64,000 nt of DNA from Batkoa obscura (Eukaryota): positions 248,001 through 312,000 of the forward strand of contig JASVEC010000024.1 of assembly GCA_030770535.1 (NCBI GenBank), given 5' to 3'. The translations under genes and the position numbers were made by a program. The notes under the pieces are model-generated. The model was not told where the DNA came from. It saw only the letters and a list, made by a program, of their open reading frames with translations, and did no database searches. Positions 25,961 through 39,090 of this stretch are shown piece after piece; the stretch's first letter is position 1; the number at the start of each line of letters is the position of its first letter.

Positions 25961-27244
25961 CTAATCTAGATCTAAGTCAGAATCAAAAGCTGGGTTCATT
26001 GGACTGATAACGGGCTTAGTAAAGACCTTGATGTTGTTGTCTGTCTTAGCTTGATAAGAGCGTATTGCGTAATGAATTAAAGCTACTGACTGTTTAGCCA
26101 TATCATAATAGGAGGTATTAATCTTTGGGTTAAACATACGGACATGTGATTGTATCTCATCCTTCGTTGGATAATTCATAGATGTAAAACACTCTCTTCC
26201 GATTTGTGGCGTCCCATTAATACCTGGGACATTGACAAAAGTTGAAATTCCACCTTCTGTTGGTGTCTAATATAATATAATATAAAATTAAAATTCTTTA
26301 ATATAATATTCTCTATACCTCTACATAAAAGCAATGAAATAACGTTTCTTCATTTTCACTCATTTTTTTAACCCTAAAAGTTATTACTTGATTTTACGAT
26401 TTTTTTAAATTCTACCTTCTTGCTAGTTCTTTTGGCTTTCCAAGTTCATTAATGAACTCCAAATGATCAGTAACATATTGATAGAATGACCCAATATGGT
26501 CTTTATATAGATAAGCTCCAGCCGCCCCAGCTGCAACCGCTGCGATCGCTAATCCGCCTAAAGCATACTTCATTTTACTATTTCCCGTATCTTTTACTTC
26601 TCTTGTATCTTTTACTTCTCTTGTATCCATTGCTTTTTTAGTAAACTTTGACATAATACTCGTTGCTACTGAAGAAATAGTTGAAGCCTTTGAAGTAGCA
26701 TGTCTACTAAACATGTTTTTATTCAGCCCATAAAATGGGGTCTCATACGCGATTATACCTAAAAGTTCTGGAAATGGTTGATAAAGAGAGTCTTTGCTTA
26801 AATTTGTATCTTGCTTTTCACTTAAATATCTTAAATATGCATCCGAGCCTAAAATTTTAGAAATACTGTAATCTAATATATATTATATACCTAATAATCC
26901 TCCCATTGAATGCCCTATCATAACAGTTAATAATGGAATATCACCACCAGGCTGAGAGCGACGATGACCTTCAATCCCCTTAAGCCAATCACAAAAACCA
27001 TCTATTGCTTTATTTATGCTCCCTTTAGTTTCAAACTGTGGATAAACAGCTATGTTTATATGAGCTTCTGGAATTAAACCGTGTAAACTAGATTTTAGTT
27101 GTTCTGGAAATCCCTTTATGTTGTTTTTGAATTTGTTCAATTGACTTTGTTTAATGTACTTACTTCAAATGTTTGATCTGATCCTCTAAACCCATGAATA
27201 AAGACCAATAAAACTCTCAAACTCTGGTGCTTCTTATTTTCCAT
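25961..27244 (-). CDS. Alpha/beta-hydrolase (DUF676/PGAP1-like putative lipase), ~4 introns
   Basis: LLVFIHGFRGSDQTF, nucleophile elbow GHSMGG, GIIAYETPFYG and DEIQSHVRMFNP. Contains a short DTREVK tandem repeat. Confidence 0.85.
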
Positions 27245-27951
27245 TTCTTAATTAATTCAAGATTAGTTATTAAATTTATAAATGACTGTTCTTCATAAAT
27301 TTGATTGTTGTTATTAACAACATTCGTCTCTTTGGTAAGACAGTTATAGCGAACTATTATTGGCTAAAAGCTAAAAGTTACTTTTTGGATGTAAACTTTA
27401 AGTGAAAAGCACTATGAATTAAACAGCAAAGTTAACATTATTTACAGCACTGATAGGTCTATAGCAATAGGAGACATAAAAATCATAGACTCAATAAAAA
27501 ATCTGAACCTATTTGTAGTAACAAAATCAAGAATTTTTATTTTCAAATAATTTTTATCTATAAGTTTTTTATAAAACTGCTCACTAAGTAGCATTGGTTT
27601 TTAAAACTAGCAGTCTACTATATTTATTTTCAAATAGAAATATACTTGTTAAAGTGCAATGGTTAATACATTAAATTGAGGTTTTCTGCATTTAGGTTAT
27701 AATTTATGGTAGCATACATGTATTAAAATAGAATGGTTTAGTATGACTTTATTGATTTGAGTAGGGATACATTGAATCGTGATATCAAACTAGCAAAATA
27801 TTTGATGGCACTTTTTTTATTTACCAAAATAAATTATAGCAATTTTCTAGGCAAACAACTAATTTTAAAATCTGGCAAATTAAATCTACCCATTTTTGCA
27901 ATATTTAGAAAATTGCACTAAATTTTGACTAATCTTTGTTTAAAATATTAA

Positions 27952-30900
27952 ATGTTAATTGAACATCTGGCTACTAATTACACAAAGTTGAGCCACTACG
28001 TAGCGAAGGAGGTAGAGAAGTTATATGGTTGGCGCAACTTGGTTAGCAATGTAAACTCAAAGATAATTTTACATTGTTTAAATACCGATGCTCTTTGGGA
28101 TCAACTAGTGAACTACACCAATAATGACAAAGCAAAAGGATTTACAATAAAAGCAGAAATACATTGTAACGACAGTAAACTAATAAAGCCAAACATAAAT
28201 GGGACAAACGAAAATTCATATGGAGGTCATGGTTATAAAGGAAATTTTATAGTAGAATCAAAGATACTAAATTTGGATGAGCAACTTTTAGAAACATCAC
28301 TTAAAATACGTCACATCGTGAATGAGAAAGTTCTTCCTCATATAATGAAATCGGAATTTGGATCCTCCTGTGGAAAGGTAATTGATTTTACTCCTTATTT
28401 TTTAAATGAAAGCATCAAATCTATTTCAAGTTTGGATATCAATAGCCAACTAAGGAATAAAATTTCTGATGACTATGATTGCGATTCAGATGCTGAGGAT
28501 TCACAACCAATTGTTAAGAATGATTCTATTATTTTATGCCTTGTGGACGAGATTTCTAAATTAAATTTTAATTTTGAAGAAGAATTAAACATAAACGAAA
28601 TTGAATCTGAGGATATTTATCATGACATAATTTACGATAGGGATGTATTAAATGAAGTATATGACATTTTTTCACTAAAAGAGACAATTTTTCAAAAAGA
28701 CTCAGAATTGAAAGAATTAAAACAAAGACTGGACAAACTCAATCAAGTAGAATCTCCAGTAGAATCAGAAGATGAAGATGAAAAGACTGAAGATGAAAAT
28801 AATCAACATCAATCGCCTATCTTTAATTGCGATAGAGGACCATTAAAATTTTTAATGAATTTGATTGATAGAACCCAAAATAAATTAAGCTCTTCAAAGA
28901 GTGAAATAAGGTCACTAGTAGGCGAGATGAACGGAGATGATGGTAGTAACTTTATAGCTCGTAACCATAAGACGGAGCTTTATGTAGCATTAGAAATGAT
29001 AGTTCAAAATTTAATCGATTTTAAGGAACATAGCTTTCCATTTTTAAATCCAGTTCAGCGAAAGAATGCACCTGATTATCATAGAGTTATCTCAAATCCT
29101 ATGGATTTATCCACATTATCTAGAAGAGTAAAAGCAAGAAAATATCAAACTCAGCAGGACTTTGAAAAGGATCTTTTTTTGATTTATTCTAATTGCAGGA
29201 AATACAATACAGCTGAAGGTAATGAATACATAAAGCATGCGGACGCAATGGAGGATCATTCAAAAAGTTTATTAAAATCCATCCCTGAAGATTTCAATAA
29301 ACCATTTCCTATTCAAAATGGTAGAAGAGCAAGCTTTACTCCAATTAATATGAACTCAAAAAGGTCAAGTTCTACTTTAGACGCTATTGGTGAAATTGAA
29401 GAAAGACATGCTAATTCGTTACTTGATAGATCGCAGAAAGCTTCTACTGAATATAGGGCAAAGGAAAGCATAAATTTGAGGAATAAAATTAATGAAGTTT
29501 CAAATGAAATTACGAAACTTAATGAAAAATTAACTTCATTGAAATTTAAAGTTGGCCTTGATCAAGACCCAAGACTGAAAAAATGGTTAAGCATTACAAG
29601 AGATGCAAGAGCGAACAATAGGCTGATGGGCTTTGCTTTAACTGAGAAAAAATTTGATGACTGCCCTATGATCATACAAGGCTCGTCTAATAATCTACTT
29701 CCAGAAATACTGTATAATGATTTAGAAAGAAATACGGAAACTGACACGAGCTTGACTTTTTCTAAAGCAGGTTTTAACCATTTACCGTCTAATGGAGTCA
29801 ATGGCATCCGAAAACTCAAAGCGCCCAGCTCTAGTAAAGTTGGTGAAAAAATCGATGTGTACAAAGTATATCCTGAGTTAAATATGTCAGCAACAGTTCC
29901 AAGAATAAGCAACCTGAACGATTCATCTAAATTATTTGATGAAGATTATATCGATCAGATAGAAAGGAATCAACCAAATCTCGCAGAATATAAGGAGGCT
30001 TTGATTCCAGATAGTCATTTTTCACGAGTATTTATGAATAGTATTGCTGAGTTGAAATGCACCCAAGAAATGAATGATAAAATAGGCACAGCTGAAGAAT
30101 TTTTAGGAGATGACCTGGCTGGAAGTCATAATGCAGAAGCGCTTAGATCAACAATTCACTATTTAAGTACAGAATCCAAGCCAAATGTAGCGCCATTTTT
30201 AAAATTACTGTCAGATAAGGGTAAATTATTAAATTCTCCTATTGTGGATAATAATGCGGCTAATGAGATGTGCATTCGCTCAACTTCATTACTATTACAA
30301 AATGCAGGGTTTGAATCTTGTCAAGATCATTCTCTAAAAATATTGGCACAAATTATGGGTGAATATATTGAGAAGCTTGGAAAAACAATGCGTATATACA
30401 TGGACCTATATGGAAATGAAATGACAGCAGAAGAAATGTTACTGCATACATTATATGAAAATAAGGTTTCAAGCATTGAAGATATTAGTGATTATTTAGA
30501 AATGGGTCTCGAAAGGCAATGTGAGAAATTTAGAGAAGCACAACAAAAGTTGAAAGATCATTTTAATACATTAATTTCAAGACCTAGTGGAAGCGGTATT
30601 AATGAGGAAGGAGAATTTGATTTTGATAAAGGTCTTGACACTTTTATGGCAGGTAACTTTGAAGACGTTACTGGAGATGACTTTTTTGGATTCAAAGAAC
30701 TTGGTCTGGACAGAGAATTGGGGCTTGACACACTTTCAGTTCCAGCCCGTCTTTTGTTAGGGCATAAAAGGCAGACATTCGCACATATTATGAATGGAAT
30801 GGAAGATTCCATACCGCCAGACTATACCCCACCACCTGCTTATTCCCCAATTACACAATCCACAGAGGTTATAGGGCTCCTCAAAGAATATTTTGATCAA

Positions 30901-31680
30901 AGGTTAAATGATGCCCCGGACGGAGTAATTGAAGATGATAGTTTTCCACCACGCAAATCAATTAAACCTAAAGTTCCACCCGTTGGCAAACAGATAATCA
31001 TTCTACGTAGAAAAATGGTTGAACATGAAGCACAAGTTGCTGCTAAAAGAGAAAAGAAGGAAAAAGAGAACGAGGAACGTAATAAGCGTAAGAAAATAAG
31101 AGAAGAAGAGCTGGAAAATAAGCGAAGGATTCGCAAGGCTGAGCGGTTGGCCAAAGCACAAGCAAAGGAAGAAGAGAGAGCAAAAAGAAGGACAGCCAAG
31201 GCTGCTATTGCTGAAGCAAGAAAGGCGGAGCTTGAACAAAAGCGAATTAATTCTCGCAAGACAAATGCTAATTATACTTCCCCAACTCCCACGACTCCTC
31301 AAAAGGAAGTTGATGAAGATAATGATTCTTTGTTTGGCTCATCACCAAGAAGTAAGTCCACATCACCGAGTCCAACCCCATCTCCGAATTATACATCGCC
31401 TGCGATTTCGAGTACATCTTCTGATGATGATGAAAAAGTTGGGATGTCAAGCAGGAATAAATTAATGCGAAAAAATAGCCCTGGGTACAATATTGGTGTC
31501 AACAGCAAGAAGGTTAGATTTAGCCATTCAAACTCTCAAGGCCAACAGCCAAATGGACGCAGTGATTCAGCAACTATCAGCTCCACTTCAGAGGATTCAG
31601 ATAGCGACTTGTTTAATCCAAACTTGAAAAGAAGCTCCAACTCACGCAGTCGAAATTTTCATAATAGAGAAAGGGCATAA
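27952..31680 (+). CDS. SPT7: SAGA subunit Spt7 (bromodomain + histone fold), 1242 aa, intronless
   Basis: Bromodomain HSFPFLNPVQRKNAPDYHRVISNPMDL...NCRKYN, histone-fold LLLQNAGFE...YIEKLGKT, and the Spt7 motif GDDFFGFKELGLDRE. Confidence 0.92.
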   Translation: MLIEHLATNYTKLSHYVAKEVEKLYGWRNLVSNVNSKIILHCLNTDALWDQLVNYTNNDKAKGFTIKAEIHCNDSKLIKPNINGTNENSYGGHGYKGNFIVESKILNLDEQLLETSLKIRHIVNEKVLPHIMKSEFGSSCGKVIDFTPYFLNESIKSISSLDINSQLRNKISDDYDCDSDAEDSQPIVKNDSIILCLVDEISKLNFNFEEELNINEIESEDIYHDIIYDRDVLNEVYDIFSLKETIFQKDSELKELKQRLDKLNQVESPVESEDEDEKTEDENNQHQSPIFNCDRGPLKFLMNLIDRTQNKLSSSKSEIRSLVGEMNGDDGSNFIARNHKTELYVALEMIVQNLIDFKEHSFPFLNPVQRKNAPDYHRVISNPMDLSTLSRRVKARKYQTQQDFEKDLFLIYSNCRKYNTAEGNEYIKHADAMEDHSKSLLKSIPEDFNKPFPIQNGRRASFTPINMNSKRSSSTLDAIGEIEERHANSLLDRSQKASTEYRAKESINLRNKINEVSNEITKLNEKLTSLKFKVGLDQDPRLKKWLSITRDARANNRLMGFALTEKKFDDCPMIIQGSSNNLLPEILYNDLERNTETDTSLTFSKAGFNHLPSNGVNGIRKLKAPSSSKVGEKIDVYKVYPELNMSATVPRISNLNDSSKLFDEDYIDQIERNQPNLAEYKEALIPDSHFSRVFMNSIAELKCTQEMNDKIGTAEEFLGDDLAGSHNAEALRSTIHYLSTESKPNVAPFLKLLSDKGKLLNSPIVDNNAANEMCIRSTSLLLQNAGFESCQDHSLKILAQIMGEYIEKLGKTMRIYMDLYGNEMTAEEMLLHTLYENKVSSIEDISDYLEMGLERQCEKFREAQQKLKDHFNTLISRPSGSGINEEGEFDFDKGLDTFMAGNFEDVTGDDFFGFKELGLDRELGLDTLSVPARLLLGHKRQTFAHIMNGMEDSIPPDYTPPPAYSPITQSTEVIGLLKEYFDQRLNDAPDGVIEDDSFPPRKSIKPKVPPVGKQIIILRRKMVEHEAQVAAKREKKEKENEERNKRKKIREEELENKRRIRKAERLAKAQAKEEERAKRRTAKAAIAEARKAELEQKRINSRKTNANYTSPTPTTPQKEVDEDNDSLFGSSPRSKSTSPSPTPSPNYTSPAISSTSSDDDEKVGMSSRNKLMRKNSPGYNIGVNSKKVRFSHSNSQGQQPNGRSDSATISSTSEDSDSDLFNPNLKRSSNSRSRNFHNRERA

Positions 31681-32319
31681 GATAAGGATAATATGCTAAA
31701 GTATAATTAATTTTTTCTAGAAATATTATTGAATTATTAGCGTGATCTATAAAACAATTAAAAAGAATACAAGTTTGTGAGTTATTGGTTAATTAAAGTT
31801 ATTTTAAAATTAATTTGAAGATTTACTGCGATATTTTATATTTTGGTTGTTCAGTTTGTTTTGAAATTTACATCGGAAGCCAAAGTAATCATACTATATA
31901 TGCTTGTTTTTATAGATGATCTCTTGTACTTTTAGGTTTTAGCTTTTTATTTAATTGGTATTTAATATTCATCATAGTTTATTTTACAGACTATGATAGC
32001 AAGGTGAAGTTTATTAATAGTATGGTGGTAGTTTATTAAAATTAATATTTCCTTAAGCTTAAATATTCAAAAATTAATACTTAATAAACATAAAATAAAT
32101 TAACATCAATGCTTTATTTTTGGTGTAATATTAGAACTTTGATTCATATTAATATATCAGTTTTTTAAAAACACATATTTGTATATTCTTTCATTATCAC
32201 AAAAAAATGATTAGAATATACAAAATTTAAAGCATACATTATAATATAAAAATATAGCAATTTACGCAGCAACCTTAAAGATTTCAATATTTCCAAAAGT
32301 TTGAAAGCTTGTCTTAAAA

Positions 32320-33667
32320 ATGAATGTAATCAAGTTATACTATTTTGTCATATTAATTAGTTAATAAATATCTTTAGGACATACCAGTCTGCTACTACGA
32401 TTTGTTAGAAGTAAATAACGATGCAAGTGATAAAGAAATTAAGATAGCATATAGAAAACAAGCCTTAGTTTGGCATCCAGATAAAAACCCAACTAGAAAC
32501 GAAGAAGCTACATTTCGATTTTCAAAGGTTCAACACGCTTACCAGGTTTTGTCGGATCCTCAAGAAAGAGCTTGGTATGATGAGAATCGAGATTCTATTT
32601 TATTTGGTGATGGAAGCTCATCTAATAATGATATAGGAGTAGCTGAACTAATGCATTATTTCTCTTGTTTATATGTTGATTACTCTGATAAGCCTACTGG
32701 ATTCTACACAGTTCACAGAATGTTATTTGAAAAACTTACCAAAAACGAAGGTAATGAAGAGATTAAAGCTGTTCCTAGCTTTGGTGATTCAATTACTCCT
32801 TATAGCGAAATCAAAAAGTTTTATAATTTTTGGGAAAACTTTTCAACAGATTTAGAATTTACTTGGTATGAAGAGTATAATGCATCACAAGGGCCAGATA
32901 GAAAGGCGCGAAGATACATGGAAAAAGAGAACAAGAAACTAAGGGACAATGCTAAAAAAGAATATAACTCAACTGTGAGGAATTTGGTTTTATTTATAAT
33001 GAAAAGGGATCCAAGAGTTAAGGAGTATTTAGACAATAAAAAGAAAGAAAAAGAAAAAAAAGAGAATGAAAAAAAGGAAAAGATAAAGGATCAAAAACAA
33101 AAAGTAATGCAAAGCAAGTTGAACTCAGAATATGTAACCCAGGATTGGAGTGAGTTGAATCGTGAAGATGAAGAGGAGTTAAAGCTACTTGAAGAGGAAT
33201 GGAGGATCAATGATTCTTTAGTGAATTCCAAAAAAGAAGAAATTATCGAAGATTTATATTGTATTGCTTGTAACAAGGACTTTAATTCGGTAAAACAGTT
33301 TGAAGCTCATAAATTAACTAAAATCCATATAAAAATGATTGAAAAGATCAAAATTGAAATGATGAATGATGAAATGCTTTTTGATAGTATTAACGATGTC
33401 AAAAGCCAAATTAAAGATCAAGGTTTTTATTATACAGATTCTATAGATCATACAATAGAAGGGTTAGATAATCTTAGTTTGAATTCAAAAGCCAAAAAGA
33501 ATGGCAAAAAGAAGAATAAAAAGAAAGACCAGTTTAGTTATGACGAGATAGACATCATTGAAAGTGGCGAGTTATATACAAACGAAAATAGTTTAGAGTC
33601 AAAGAAAAAGAACCAAAATTTAAAAAGTTCTTTTTCTTTCGATTTACTTGAGAATGAGAATGAATGA
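32320..33667 (+). CDS. JJJ1: J-domain protein Jjj1/DNAJC21 (J domain, zuotin-homology region, one C2H2 finger)
   Basis: ATG AAT, an intron, then DIPVCYYDLLEV. WHPDKN, FYNFWENFST, RRYMEKENKKLRD and CIACNKDF...H...H. Confidence 0.9.
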
Positions 33668-34522
33668 TAGTATACCTCACATAATTTGATGATTTTTTTG
33701 CAAGAAAATACGGCTAACTTGATTTTATAGTATATTCTTTCATTAATGATAATTGTTGAGTAATTCCAACTCATAGATAGGCGTGACTAGGCTTATAATT
33801 TATAGATTAAAACTTCATTTCTAAAATAAATCAATATCCAAGATTTAGATGTTTTTTTGTTGAATTAACTTATTATCTTACAAGTATATATTCTTTTTTA
33901 CTATTAAATACCGCATTTAATAAAACATAAACTAAAGGTACTATAATTATATTTATTTTATTAAGTTGTTTATTTTACTTTCCAAATGCCAATAACTATA
34001 TAAATTTTATTGAATCTGATGTTTGAACATCGTTTTGTTTACAACATAATATAATCTACATTTATCTTGACAATGTTATATAATTCTGGTAAAAATTAAA
34101 AAATCAAATTTGCTTATTTGGATTTTTTCAATGTTGTTTTAGCTACTTCAAACGTATATCTTAAGAGCCAACTTTTTTACTACAATATATTCTAAAGAAA
34201 AAACTATTGAGCGTACTTTATTTTCATTCCGACACAACGCATATTATCTTTAGGTAAACTTGAATGTTTATTTCTGATACACACATTTAAATACCATCAG
34301 AACTATGTTTCAGGATAAATATCCCCTACTAAACCATATAAAATTTTATTTTTTATAAAATAATTTCTCCTATTTCAAATTCTTTATGACTTAATTGGAG
34401 AATTTGGGGGCTGAATAGTGATTGGTTAATATCATTGTTACGTTCAACTTTCGATGTTAATTTGCTAAAATAAGGAGCACGTCTTTAAGCCAGAAAATTT
34501 TGTTTATAAATTTATTTACAAA

Positions 34523-36387
34523 ATGTCTACAAACCGCCCCAGTTCAAGGCATAGTAATAAAAACTCAACTGTTAGCTCAAAAGGTGATGACAACTTATCG
34601 AATGCTAGACAAAGGCAAACAAAACGTGATGAGGTAATAATTTTTAATTTATATTTTGTTCATAGTTTTACTTTTAGGCTATCCGCCGTAAAGCTGAGAC
34701 CGACTTAAAAAAGAAGAGGAACCCTAACCATTCAACAAGTCAAAGGCACAGTAAACGTGTACCAGGAACTGTGTCTGCATTGAGGCCTTCTCCTGCTCTT
34801 ACTGTTAATAGTACAATTAAGGTTACCGAAGCCTCTCAAATGATGGCTGCAAAAAGAGCGGACTGTGTACTTGTAGTGGATGAAGATGAGCATTTAGCAG
34901 GTATCTTTACTGCTAAAGATTTAGCTTACAGAGTTGTTGCTGAAGGTCTTGACGCAAGAACAACTACTGTTGCTAATATCATGACACCCAATCCGCTCTG
35001 TGTAACTTCTGATGCTAGTGCCACAGATGCTTTAAATACAATGGTTCAAAGGGGATTCCGCCATCTTCCAGTATGTAATGAAGAGGGCGATATTGTTGGA
35101 CTTTTAGATATTACAAAATGTCTTTATGATGCGCTTGACAAAATGGATCGTGCTTATGGGTCAAGTCGTAAGTTATATGACGCTCTTGAAGGTGTAGAAA
35201 AAGAATGGGCAATGCAAGCACCTCAATTTTTACAACTTATGGGCTCTTTAAAAGATCAGATCAATTGCCCTGATGTTACTACCGTTTTAGATGGAACTCT
35301 TCCAGCAGATATCTCGCCAAAAACTTCAGTTAGAGAAGCCGCAAAGGCTATGAAAGCCATCCGTACAACTGCGGTTTTAGTAACCGAAAATGATTCGATT
35401 ACCGGTATTTTCACTAGTAAAGATATAGTATTGCGTGTCATTGCTGCTCAATTAGATCCATCTAACTGTAGCGTTGTAAGGGTTATGACCCCCCACCCTG
35501 ATACTGCTTTGCCAGATACCACCATCCTTGACGCATTAAAAAGAATGCATAATGGGCACTATTTAAATCTTCCAATTGTTGATGAATTCAAGCAAGTAGT
35601 TGGTATGGTAGATGTTTTAAAATTAACTTATGCTACCCTTGAACAAATAAATAACCTTCAAGGTCAAGAAGGGGATGGATCTGGTCCAATGTGGAGTAAG
35701 TTTTGGAGTACTGCATTGGCCGGCGAGGATGAATCTACTATATCAGATTCAATGACATCTAACCAACAAACTCAAGGAGCCAGTGAGGTGTATCCACATG
35801 AGTCAGTATCTGCCATTGATGAAGATCCAACTTTAGCTGAAAATGCTAGCAAAACATTCGTATTTAAGTTTAAAGCACCTTCTGGTAAAGTATATCGTAT
35901 CAATGCTTTAGACAATAATTTCCAACAATTGAGAGATAATATTGTTGGTAAATTGATTGAAGAATCGCCTGAAACTGAGCCTAGTGCTATCCCACCAATT
36001 TGCTATGCTGACGATGAAGGAGATCTTGTTTTGCTCCTTCACGATGACGACTTAAAGGATGCTGTACAACTTGCTCGCCAAAATGGATGGCAAAGAATTA
36101 TTTTATCTTTAGCTGAAAACCCAGAAATACCTAAAGATGAAACAATTGAAAAATCAACTCATGAGTCCGAAGTTTCTCGTAAGGCAACCCAAACTCCTGT
36201 TATATCAGAACCAATTGAAGAACCAGCTAAGGTACAAGCCAAAGTAGCTACAGAAGAGAAGGCAGTAGTACCTCAAAAAACTGAACCTTTAATTCCAGAA
36301 AATTTAGTAATCCCAGTGGCTGTTGGTAGCGGTGTTTTGGTTGCTTTAATTGGTGTTTTCATTGTTATGAAAGCTACCTCCCGTTAA
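34523..36387 (+). CDS. CBS-CBS-PB1 domain protein (Mug70-like) with a C-terminal TM anchor, 1 intron
   Basis: RQRQTKRDEAIRRK, two CBS pairs (GIFTAKDLAYRV, GIFTSKDIVLRV), PB1 (FKFKAPSGKVYR...YADDEGDLV) and a hydrophobic tail. Confidence 0.9.
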
Positions 36388-36732
36388 ACATTTTAGATTC
36401 TAGTATAATATTATAGTAGTAAATGTATTTCATCTCCGAATTTATTAGAATACTTTACTTTTTTGAAAAAATGTATATTATTTAACTTATAAAAATATTT
36501 TTAGCTGTTTGATTTTGGTTTAATAGGCACTTATGTATACTGTTTAAATGTAGTATAGTCTTAAAATGCTTAAATGATATTCTTTGTTAATATATATATG
36601 ATTGAACTTCTAACATAAAAACGCTGTGAAATGAATCTGTATATATTACAATTCTATACTCAAAAGAATTCTACAAAATCAATCAATAGATAGTCTGACT
36701 ATTAAAGCTTAGAGGGTTTTATTTTATAACAG

Positions 36733-38091
36733 TTACTTATCCTTATTAACATACGAATCTTGTAAATACCGAGCCAACATTTCGTCCGAGATTAAAAGGT
36801 GAGATTTTTGCTGAGAGACTTCAGCGCCTGCCAGCCTCAAAATGTATTCAAACAAGCTTAAGGCCGAAATAGGCAGGTTCTGTTTACTTTTATATCCTGA
36901 AGATACAATAAGTTGATTCAAAATTTCCAACTGATTAAGTCCAGCTTTTGGTTCTTTATTCTTTATTAAAAGTTCTTCTCTTTTATCTGTTTCTGTTTTA
37001 TCCTTTTTTTCATCCGTTTCTGTTTTATCCTTTTTTTCATCCGTTTCTGTTTTATCCTTTTTTTCATCCGTTTCTTCATCCGACTCATCATTATTATAGT
37101 TATTTATTGCTAACGCAAGCCATTGTGTATCTTTTTTATCTTTTTCTTCATTAGCCACTTTAAGTACCAGAACTGGTTCAGTTATATCTTCGATATTTAA
37201 TAGTTTGCCACTTGAGCTATAATACATACTTCTGATTTTTTCAACCAAAATACGTTTCTCCCCAGGCGTAGCATCTTCATGAACTCTACCATCATCAAAA
37301 TCTTCTTCTAATACAACCTCGTAGATAATTCCATCTTGATGAAACTTTCTTTCAATCCAGCCTTGGCATAATGCATATTCTTCTTTCCAAGTAAAATCTT
37401 CTTTTCCTTTAGGCCTTGAAGATGCGGAAAATAGACTATATACAGTAAACTGGATTTCTTTCCCAACTTTGACCACTTTTAAACCGTTCTGGTTCATCTG
37501 TGCGACACACGTTAAAAGTGATGATGCTTGTAACAACCGAGATGCTGATATACCTTTAGGTAACTTCGAATTCAAGTCAACGTTTGTAATCGAAAGTACT
37601 AACTGAATATAAGAAACTGTTGAATCTAACTTCCCCACTAATTTTTTTAACTCTTTTATTATTAGCTCTGCGTCATTATGGTTTGTATCATTTGACTTTA
37701 TAGGATCAGAATTAAATTTACTATTAAACTGTTCAATATCTTGTCTCAAACTATCCGTCATTTCAATCACTGCTTCCAACGAGCTATTTCCTCTTGAAAT
37801 ACCTACCTCAATCAGCTCGATAGCAGGCGAAATTATATTTAATCGAAACTCAAACTCTTTTTTTAATATCTTCAACTCGAAGCTCTCTTTTTTTGTCGAT
37901 GCATCTATATATTTAGTTATTTGAGCCTAAACGGTGATTAATGTTTGAATGTTAAGTTAGCTTTTATAGAGTAAAATAATTGATTAATTTAAAGATCTTA
38001 TTACCATAGCTACTTTGGTTACTAACCCGAATGCTGCTTTGCCCACTAAAGACACTGCTTGTCCCGATAGTTTGGCTAGTAGTTCATCCAT
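36733..38091 (-). CDS. YRB30: RanGTP-binding protein (Yrb30 family), 1 intron
   Basis: MDELLAKLSGQAVSLV, IISPAIELIE..RGNSSLE, ISASRLLQAS, FTWKEE, EDFDDGRVH and LSLFEYILRL. Confidence 0.85.
36990..37070. repeat. 27-bp coding tandem repeat x3 (TDEKKDKTE) inside the Yrb30-like gene
   Basis: Three identical copies of TTTCTGTTTTATCCTTTTTTTCATCCG. Confidence 0.95.
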
Positions 38092-38461
38092 ATCTTTTTA
38101 TGTTAAAGTAAATAAAAAATTAGTTAGTCATTGATTTTTGTATCATTTTAAGCTTAGTTCAGAATAATTGGTTAAATTAAAGTTTACACCTATTAGTTAC
38201 GTGGTAAGTAAAAAAGTAGTTTTTATAGATTATATAGTGGATAGAAAAATAGTCTGAATGTTTATAAATCTTCTAATAATTTTATGTTTTAGAAAAAAAT
38301 AAAGCAAGATGAATAAAATGTTTAAAGGATCATTCAAAGACAGGCTAAACAATTAACTAAACATTTCAAACTTGCTCGATAATAATGATTAATACTTTTA
38401 GCATTTTTAAAAATGTATAAAAAAGATTTTTGACCTTTCTTTAAAATCTCAGTTGTTACGT

Positions 38462-38910
38462 ATGGCTCACTCAATCACTGATGATACTAAAGACAGTATT
38501 AAATAATTATCAGAAAATTGTTGCACTTATTCATAAATTATGAAATGTCGCCCTAGTGTTACTAAGAGCACTATCAGTAGGTATAAATGTAATTAGTTTC
38601 CTAAAGTAAAACCTACCCGAAGCGGAAGGTCTTCTACGATCAATAATAATGCACATAGCTATACTAAAAGACGTATTACTTTAGGTGGGATGAAAACGGG
38701 GAAAGGTATACAAAAATATTTAGAATCTGTTAATATTAACTTGGTATACACTTCATGCTACAAAATGCTAGATTCTAAGTTTAAAACAAAAAATTGAGAA
38801 GAGTGATTAAAAATAAAATAAAAATGTAATAGTATTGATTAGTGTAACTTCATTAATAGTTTATAATGACAATTAGATTACATGCCTTAGAATGGGCTTA
38901 TAAATTACCG
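38462..38910 (+). pseudogene. Decayed Tc1/mariner-like transposase N-terminal fragment
   Basis: Frame from ATG 38462 reads MAHSITDDTKDSIK*LSENCCTYS*IMKCRPSVTKSTISRYK...RSGRSSTI...KRRITLG, i.e. HTH plus a GRP-like linker with in-frame stops. A downstream LEWAYK (~38887) resembles the Tc1 RLxWA motif. Confidence 0.6.
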
Positions 38911-39090
38911 AATTGTTTTACTATTTATAAAAAACAAAATATTAGATTTAATTTGTATGCTGAACTTATAGACTATTAATAGATAGATAATTGGAATATT
39001 TTAAATCTTAGTTAAACTATTAGTAGTTAAAACAAAAAAAATATTATTAATTATATATAATACATACCATATATTTATCCCATTAAGCCT

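Noticed and set aside
29562..31465. Antisense and alternate-frame ORFs within SPT7 (similar ones in DBF2, JJJ1, THI5 and CLPTM1)
   Set aside because: Shadow ORFs of biased coding sequence with no motifs.
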